NCBI GenBank assembly: GCA_963695345.1 | Contig: OY968769.1 | Location: 1,152,001 to 1,216,000 of the forward strand | Direction: 5' to 3' | From: an uncultured Methanomassiliicoccales archaeon | Lineage (GTDB): Archaea > Thermoplasmatota > Thermoplasmata > Methanomassiliicoccales > UBA472 | Length of the DNA: 64,000 nucleotides | In this document: positions 57,407 to 64,000 of the stretch, in pieces | Numbering within the stretch: position 1 is the first letter of the stretch | Layout of the letters: each line of letters begins with the position of its first letter | Program-made: the position numbers and the translations under genes | Notes under the pieces: generated by a model | Told to the model about the DNA's origin: nothing | The model's database searches: none | What the model saw: the letters and a program-made list of their open reading frames with translations, nothing else

Positions 57407-57700
57407 TCAATACCTTACCATCTGGGCGTGCGGAACGCCGCCGATGATCATGACGCAATCCTTCTCGATGAAGCTGTGCTCCGCCGCGATGCGGCATACC
57501 TTCTCGCCCACCAGGTTGGCCACGGTGCAGCCGCTCAACCGGTTCACCAGCATCTCCTCGTCGGCATCCTCGCCCTGATAGAAGCCGGGCGAGACGGTCA
57601 GCCTCAGCTCTCCCTCGCGGAACGTCTGTCCCAGGAGATGCTTGTCGCACGCCGCGACGACCACGTCACTGCCCTGTTTGTAGACCCTAACGGTTATCAA
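57407..57700 (-). CDS. DUF424 family protein
   Basis: VVAACD...LLG, FYQG, ANLVG, GGVPHAQ. Confidence 0.85.
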   Translation of the reverse strand: MITVRVYKQGSDVVVAACDKHLLGQTFREGELRLTVSPGFYQGEDADEEMLVNRLSGCTVANLVGEKVCRIAAEHSFIEKDCVMIIGGVPHAQMVRY

Positions 57701-57798
57701 ATCAATTCCCGGTCCTGTGTTTAACGGAGTTCAACTAAACCCTGACACGCTATTATACTTTTGCCGGAACCGCCGGGGAGACGGAAACATCAGCTGGC

Positions 57799-60700
57799 TC
57801 AGTCCCCGCTGGACAGTTTGTAGAAGTCATGGCTCGGCTCGTAGATGTCCCCGGCGTTGCGCAGCTTCTTCAGCGCCTCCCTCAGTTCCTGCTCGGTCAG
57901 GTTCTTCTCCGGGGCGTGCTCCAGCAGCGTCTTGAACGACACCCCCTTGCCCGGCTCGGAGTTGGAATGGATGAGCGTACGGACGACCGAGATCTTGTTC
58001 CGGTCGGTCTTGGAGAACCCGGTCATCACCTTGTCCACGTCCATGCTGCCCGAGTCCCGTGGCCATCTTGTTCAGGTAGAACTCGACGATGCGGACGGCA
58101 CGCTCGGCGTCCTCCTTGGCGACGACGTTGCTCAGCCTTATCCGGGCCGATGCCTCGGACAGCCGGATGAACGCCTCCAGCTGACGGGCGGTGATCGGTA
58201 CGGAGGCGCCCTGCACCTCGCCCAGCTTGCGTATCGCCAGATACTTGTCCTGGATGATCTTGCGCGCTTCCTTGCTCATCACCGGCACGTACCGTTTGGA
58301 GTGCGCCACGTACTTCCGCAGGAACTCCCTGTCGTAGACCGGCTTCAGTTTGTCCGTGTCCTCCATGATCTTCTTGTAGTCGACGCCCAGATCGTCCAGC
58401 ACGCTCAGGTCCTCGTGACGGCGTACCTCGCCGCGCACGTGTCCCATGATGATGTGCTCGGCGATCCGGGTGTCCGTTCTCCGCCTTCGGCTTGTCGGTC
58501 AGCGCGAATATCAGGTCGAACCTGGAGAGCAGCGCCGGAGGCATGTTGATCTGGTCCGAGAGCGACTCGTTGTCGTCGAACCGGCCGTACTTCGGGTTGG
58601 CCGCGCCCAGCATGGAGCAGCGGCACTGGAGCGTGGCGGTGATGCCGGCCTTGGCCACCGATATCCTCTGCGACTCCATCGCCTCGTGCATGGAGGAACG
58701 GTCCTGCTCGGTCATCTTGTCGAGCTCATCAATGCAAGCGAGACCCTTATCCGCGAGCACCAGCGCACCCGCTTCCAACGTCCACCTTCCGTCGCCGAAC
58801 TCGTCCTTCACCGCGGCGGCGGTGTTGTGCACCACGAACCCGTTGCCGATGAAGCTGTGGGCATCCTCGACCGTGAGATCGTAGACGTGGTCGGGTATCC
58901 CGTCGCACCTTCCGTTCCACTTCGAGGTTATGCGCGACCAGTCGGACTGGGAATGGTCTCCGGCCGGCCCGACCGTCATGACCTCGTCGTCCGCCACTAC
59001 GTCGGACGACCGGATCCACGCCGGATCATGCCCGATCCGGCTCAAAACCTGCGTCTCCGGGGTCAGCGATTATGCGACCTTCCAGACTCCTCTGTGAGTT
59101 CCACAAGAAATGAAGGGGTGGCGATGCGGAAAACTGCTGATACTGGCCTGGTGACCGGCAGACCATCGGCAGACACCGTTTTAAGGCCGTTAACCCCCAC
59201 TTCCTGCCGATAGACGCCTTTTTCCACTTCCGTTGGAGTTTTCATCCTGCTTTCGACGAACTCCCCGATATCCGATCAGCTTTCCCTTTACCTCGATCTT
59301 GGTGTCCCCGGCGACGCAGAGTCCTGCGGCCGATGAGGACTTGCCTGAAGCGTAGATGCCCCTGGGGGCCAGCTCGGACATGTAGCGCAACAGCTGCGAG
59401 TTGTGCGACAGGATGCCGTTGGCGACGAAGATGTGGGTGTTCTCCACCTCCAGGTCGTAGACGAACGGTTCCGGCGCCGGGACCTCGGTCTTTGACACTA
59501 CCTTATCGCAATTGTATGCCGCGCTTCCAGCCGTAGTCTTCCCGACCGCAGTCGCCCTGCCCCTTGGTCACCGCCAGCTTCCTGTCCGACATAGATCTGT
59601 CCGGCCTGACGTGCGGCCAGCCACGTGCCGTTCTGTACGAACAGCGGGTGAGTGGGCGTAACGGTTATCTTCCGGCCGTTCTCGGTAACGAACTCGATCA
59701 GCCTCTTCGGCGCGGTTCCTCTTCCAGGCCCTGACCGCCCGGCCCGGCTCGATGACCCCCCGTTCCGTGAAGGTCATGACCTGGATGTCGATCTCGGCAT
59801 AGACCCCGTCGTCCACCTCCTTGCTCCCGAACTCGATCAGCGCCTCTTCCACGATGTCCTTGATGTTCATGCAGTTGCCGGAGGCCGAGCATGACCTCGG
59901 CATCGCCGGTCACGCACTTGGCCACGCCGGGATCGCCGACCAGAAGGATGTGGATGTCGCCCCTGACACGGGTTCCGTCGTCCAGCTGCTTGTGCGATCC
60001 GCCGAAGAGCTGCAGGGCCATCGATTCCTTGACCTCGTCGTAGCCGTAGATGGTGGGGCTGATGGACTTGATGATCTTGCTGAAGACGTTCGGGGAATGG
60101 GCTTCCTGCTTGATCCGCTCCTCTTCCTCCGGAGTGATGTTGACCTCTTCGTACTCGTGCTCCTGGAACTCCACCGAGTGAACTTCCAGGTTGATGTCGA
60201 ACAGGGTCGATTTGTTATTTCCCTGGGCCTTCTGGACCGATCGCAGGATGCCGTTTATGACGATCCGGTCTCCCGGAGATACCGTCCCGGCCAGGTCGTC
60301 CTCCAGATATCCGGTGAGACGCTCTGGCTGAGACCCGCCCCGCAGGCCTTCCGGATTCTCCTGGATCTCGATCTTCTGGGTGTCGACGTAGCTGGACTCC
60401 TCGGTCAGCAGGGTGAACTTGGTGCTGCCGCCGGAGCGCCCGCAGCCGTTCTGCTCCTTGTAGCATTCCAGCGGCTCCTTGAACTGGAGCCCTTCCTGGA
60501 CCTCCACGATCTTGGCCGGACAGCGGAAGCAGCGGAACACCGCCTCCACCAGCTTCGGACGCACGTCGGTCGCCTTGCGGACCAGCCCTTCGATCGCCAC
60601 CAGTTTGCCCAGATGCTCGCTGCGCAGTTTCCTGATGTCGATGCGCGAGTCCGGCGCCAGCGCCTTGAACCTCAGGTGGATCTCGTAGTTGCCCCGGGTC

Positions 60701-60945
60701 TGCTGCACCTGCTTGCGCACGACCGCCTCGCCGATGGACAGCACCCGCTGCGGTTCCTCGAGCATGAACTGGGCCATGTCCGGGTCGAACTGGTCCAGCT
60801 CGGCGTAGGCGATGTTGATGGAGCGGACCTCCGGATAGAGGTCGGCCACCTCCGCTACCCTGACACGGTTCTCACTGGACTCGAAGAACTCCTCCCAGCG
60901 CGCGGCGAGGTCCTCATCGGTATAATCGATCGGCAAAATGAACAC
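57799..60945 (-). CDS. mcm: Replicative helicase MCM with two mini-inteins (several indels)
   Basis: Zinc finger, [69 protein letters not shown]-terminal winged helix. Confidence 0.95.
58824..59318 (-). mobile_element. Mini-intein 2 in mcm at SSAAGL/T
   Basis: CVAGDTKI...[21 protein letters not shown] then TAAAVKD. Confidence 0.88.
59400..59916 (-). mobile_element. Mini-intein 1 in mcm within Walker A (GDPGVAK/S)
   Basis: CVTGDAEV...TPTHP...[21 protein letters not shown] then SQLLRY. Confidence 0.9.
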
Positions 60946-61099
60946 CTACTTTGGTGCAAAGAATCTGGACGGGGCGTTTGACTGCTCTCGTGATCTGTTT
61001 GCTGAGAAGTGATTAGGGGGGATACATAAAAGGGTTATTCATGATGTGACACTGCACCGGAAACCGTGGCTGGAAATGGGGTCGGGGCCTGGCCTCAGT

Positions 61100-61634
61100 T
61101 CAATCCTTGCGCAGTTGCGGCACGTAATCGGCCTGGACCTCTACGACCTCGGCGCTGGTCTCGCATTCCGAGTAGCGGTCGAGGGGCTCCTGGTTCAGAA
61201 CGATGAACTGCTCTCCCCAGGTGAACTTGGAAAGGATCGAGTGGGCCTGCTCCTTCTCGCCCAGGATGTACAGGGTGGCGGCAAGCGCCTCCACCGAGCT
61301 GAGCATCAGGGGCTTGCCCCAGTTGACCGGGTTGGCGGCCAGCAGGTACGGCAACGCCCGCGGAAGGACGCTCTTCTTCAGTTGCGGCACGGCGTCGATG
61401 TTGCCCCAGGAGACGTCAAGGACAACGATGCCGTGCGTCCTGGCGGCGGACCAGATCTTCGCGGGAGACCGCCTTCTCGGCGAACGGCCAAAGGACCACG
61501 CTGCCGTAGGGGATGCTCTTGAACGAAGACAGTTCCTGCACCAGATTGAACTTGGCCATCTTGCGTGAGGTGCATTTCTTCGGGTCGCATTGATGCTCAT
61601 CGTAAACGAAAAGGGAGATCGCCACGGCACTCAC
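61100..61634 (-). CDS. tsr3: 16S rRNA aminocarboxypropyltransferase Tsr3 (DUF367; indel near 61450)
   Basis: QCDPKKCTSRKM, VLDVSW, RALPYLLAANPVNWGKP, LSSVEALAA, FTWGEQF. Confidence 0.9.
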
Positions 61635-62056
61635 TGGTTCCTCAACAGTTCGTCGATCCAGACCTTGATGTCGTCCCGTGTGTTACGGAACATCTTGAGG
61701 AGCTGCTCCTCGCTCCCTTTCGCCTCGGTCGGGTCAGCGAAGGACTTGTGGACATATTCGTCGCCCTCGATGAAGAAGGGACATTCATCCTCCGCTTCGC
61801 TGCACAGGGTGGCCACGATATCGAAGTGCTTGCCGAACATCTTGTTCGCGTCCTTCGATGCCTGTTTGGAGATGTCGATGCCGATCTCCTTCATCACCTT
61901 GATCGCATACGGGTGGACCTTGGTGGCTGAGGTCCCGGCGCTGGATGCCTCCCATCGGTTGCGGTGAAAATGGTTTACCAGCCCTTCGGCCATTTGGGAC
62001 CGAGAGGAATTGTGCGTACACATGAATAGTATGGTTCTCTTTTGCGTCTTGGCCAT
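61631..62056 (-). CDS. arsC: Arsenate reductase ArsC (LMW-PTP fold, thioredoxin-coupled type)
   Basis: ILFMCTHNSSRSQMAEG, SAGT, TLC...CP, FADP. Confidence 0.85.
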   Translation of the reverse strand: MAKTQKRTILFMCTHNSSRSQMAEGLVNHFHRNRWEASSAGTSATKVHPYAIKVMKEIGIDISKQASKDANKMFGKHFDIVATLCSEAEDECPFFIEGDEYVHKSFADPTEAKGSEEQLLKMFRNTRDDIKVWIDELLRNQ

Positions 62057-62291
62057 GGTGCTTAGCTCCAGGTCTTTTTATTGGGTTTCTTGGGACTTAT
62101 GATCTCAGTGTTCTCCGACCATTGGTGAAACTGAGCGTGCATTGGGAGTTGCACTCTTGAGTGTCGTGAAGGCTAATACAGGATTACCCAAATCAAGGTA
62201 TGTATTGGTGATTGATGTAATTGACCGGCCGGCAGGCCGGGTCATCGATGCCCACAGATAGGTTTATGAAAAGAATGTGCTATGGATGCCT

Positions 62292-62356
62292 AGCCACCGT
62301 GATGATAAACCCAGCACTGATCATTCGATGATGAGAGACGGGCGAGCTGAGTGGCT
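62292..62356 (+). ncRNA. C/D-box guide sRNA (double guide)
   Basis: Terminal stem AGCCAC/GTGGCT; C box GTGATGA (62299-62305), D' CTGA (62317-62320), C' ATGATGA (62328-62334), D CTGA (62347-62350); guides TAAACCCAGCA and GAGACGGGCGAG. Confidence 0.88.
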
Positions 62357-62359
62357 TAT

Positions 62360-62578
62360 TCATTCTTTCCACCAAAGGAATGAACCTTTCTCAACTGATA
62401 CTGCCCCGTGAATTTTACCCTTTTTCCTTAGTTTGTTCAACATTCTTGCTACATTGTCCGGACAATCTGGGTAACGGGCTCTGAAAATACATTCGACTTG
62501 TATCGTTGATTTGGCTTCTTGAGTAATAATCTCCAACAGAAATTCGTACTTGGAGGTTTCTTCGTTCATTTGCTCCAA
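62360..62578 (-). CDS. Small hypothetical protein, possible winged helix
   Basis: ARMLNKLRKKGKIHG...LWW resembles a wHTH wing; lower GC than neighbours. Confidence 0.55.
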   Translation of the reverse strand: MEQMNEETSKYEFLLEIITQEAKSTIQVECIFRARYPDCPDNVARMLNKLRKKGKIHGAVSVEKGSFLWWKE

Positions 62579-62630
62579 AGAGATGCCTCAATATATGAAA
62601 AAGGAAAAGGCCCTATTGGGCCGATAAGGT

Positions 62631-63080
62631 TTACGACGGGACTACAATCTGGTTCGATGCGATCGCATTTCCGGTCGGTTTGTAGATCAGTGTCACAGTA
62701 TACGTCACGCCCTTTGTAAGGCTGAGAGTTACATAGTCACTGGCCTGCACATGGGTTGAACCAGCTACAGACGGCGAGATCGTTGTAGGTTGAGCTGCAA
62801 CTGCCGGGACAACCGTCACCGATACGTCCGTGTACAACACGTTGTTGCTGCTGATCGACAGTACCGAGATTGTGTAGAAGGACGCGGCGGTGGTGTTGTC
62901 TAGTCCTTTCTGCACATTCAGGGATGCTGTGGGGGTGGAGGCATTGCCTCCGCCGAATCCCATGACCATTACGTAAAGGACTGCGGCCAACACTACAGTG
63001 ATCGCTACCATCAGGATGGTGGCGATGACCGGTGAGACGGCGCTCTTGTCCTTCCTAATTTTCCACATTTTCTTCATCAT
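62631..63080 (-). CDS. Archaeal type IV pilin (major pilin-like), copy 2
   Basis: Class III signal peptide KDKSA/VSPVIATILMVAITVVLAAVLY. Confidence 0.92.
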   Translation of the reverse strand: MMKKMWKIRKDKSAVSPVIATILMVAITVVLAAVLYVMVMGFGGGNASTPTASLNVQKGLDNTTAASFYTISVLSISSNNVLYTDVSVTVVPAVAAQPTTISPSVAGSTHVQASDYVTLSLTKGVTYTVTLIYKPTGNAIASNQIVVPS

Positions 63081-63103
63081 TCCAATACCTCAGATCAATT
63101 CGA

Positions 63104-63553
63104 TCAGGCTGGGACGTTGATTACAGACGATGCGATTGCATTTCCTGTTGGCTTGTAGACCAGTGTCACTGTGTAAGACGTGCTCTTTTGCAGGCTCAGA
63201 GTAACATAGTCGCTAGCCATGACATGTGTTGATCCGGCAACGGATGGTGTTAATGTCTTGGCTTGAGCTACAACTGCCGGGACGACCGTTACCGATACAT
63301 CGGTGTACAGCACATTGTTGCTGCTGATCGACAGTACTGAAATTGTGTACAGAGACGCGGCGGTGGTGTTGTCCGCTCCCTTGACTACGTTCAGGGACGC
63401 TGTCGGGGTTGAGGTGTTGCCTCCTCCGAATCCCATGACCATTACATATAGGACGGCGGCCAACACTACAGTGATCGCTACCATCAGGATGGTGGCGATG
63501 ACCGGTGAGACGGCGCTCTTGTCCTTTCTCATCTTCCACATTTTCTTCATCAT
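63104..63553 (-). CDS. Archaeal type IV pilin (major pilin-like), copy 1
   Basis: Same signal peptide and N-helix; AGGAGG SD; tandem paralog of 62631-63080. Confidence 0.92.
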   Translation of the reverse strand: MMKKMWKMRKDKSAVSPVIATILMVAITVVLAAVLYVMVMGFGGGNTSTPTASLNVVKGADNTTAASLYTISVLSISSNNVLYTDVSVTVVPAVVAQAKTLTPSVAGSTHVMASDYVTLSLQKSTSYTVTLVYKPTGNAIASSVINVPA

Positions 63554-63749
63554 TATTTAGTCCTCCTTAGCAGGTGAACCCTGCAGGTAATTGTGTTTAT
63601 TGATATCGGAGTATTAATTGCTCACTATCAAAAAATCAAAATTGGAGACAAGTTTTATGGACATATTTGTTAAAAAGAATACAGGCCATATATCCAAAAT
63701 GGGTGGGTTTCGGGACGGATAATATCCTAGTATCAAGATAGTATAGCTC

Positions 63750-64000
63750 TCACTTGATCGTGACGATCTGATCGCTCACCAATGACAACATTTCCCTGAG
63801 ATCGGGCTTGAGCTGTTCGTCAACGCTTAGTATTGCTATGTATGCCCCTTTCGATTTGATCATCGTCGAGAGAACCTGAACGAACTCGCTCAAAATGTTC
63901 GTCCCGTTGTTCATCGCCATTGAATTGATGGAATCCAGAATGACAAGGCTCGGTTTGCCTTCGAGCATCTTGAACATGTACTCCACCTTGAGCACGATGT
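63750..64000 (-). CDS. KaiC-like/DUF835-related protein, C-terminal part (truncated by the window edge)
   Basis: LVILDSINSM...EFVQVL...LVSDQIVTIK matches the RecA/KaiC-fold C-terminal pattern. Confidence 0.6.
   Translation of the reverse strand, partial: IVLKVEYMFKMLEGKPSLVILDSINSMAMNNGTNILSEFVQVLSTMIKSKGAYIAILSVDEQLKPDLREMLSLVSDQIVTIK

Noticed and set aside
62631-63553. Pilin pair as a diversity-generating retroelement template/variable repeat
   Set aside because: Differences are not adenine-specific, both copies are intact genes, and no reverse transcriptase is in the window.

Overview
This is an archaeal chromosomal window, GC-rich in its coding regions. Gene content (HdrD-like protein, gyrase, many KaiC/DUF835/zinc-ribbon proteins, archaeal MCM, NMD3, Tsr3) points to Thermoplasmata, probably Methanomassiliicoccales; this is an inference. 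I find about 50 CDS, tRNA-Phe(GAA), tRNA-Thr(CGU), a clear C/D-box guide sRNA and four inteins: one LAGLIDADG intein in gyrA, one mini-intein in gyrB and two mini-inteins in mcm. Many genes, including essential ones, are split by small indels that look like assembly errors, so each is reported as a single CDS. The most notable items are: (1) an apparently catalytically dead, shrunken MCM paralog directly after purM; (2) a type IV pilus locus with two ATPases and two platform proteins, flanked by KaiC-like ATPases, a SecB-like protein, a giant CARDB surface protein with a cytoplasmic zinc-ribbon tail and a coiled-coil zinc-ribbon protein, possibly a surface-sensing module; (3) a double-guide C/D sRNA predicted to target the 23S peptidyl-transferase centre and the 16S decoding site; (4) a gyrA intein at a site different from the classic mycobacterial one, plus an acidic insert in the GyrA CTD; (5) a long Lhr-HTH helicase clustered with base-excision-repair genes. 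No CRISPR array, transposase or integrase was seen.
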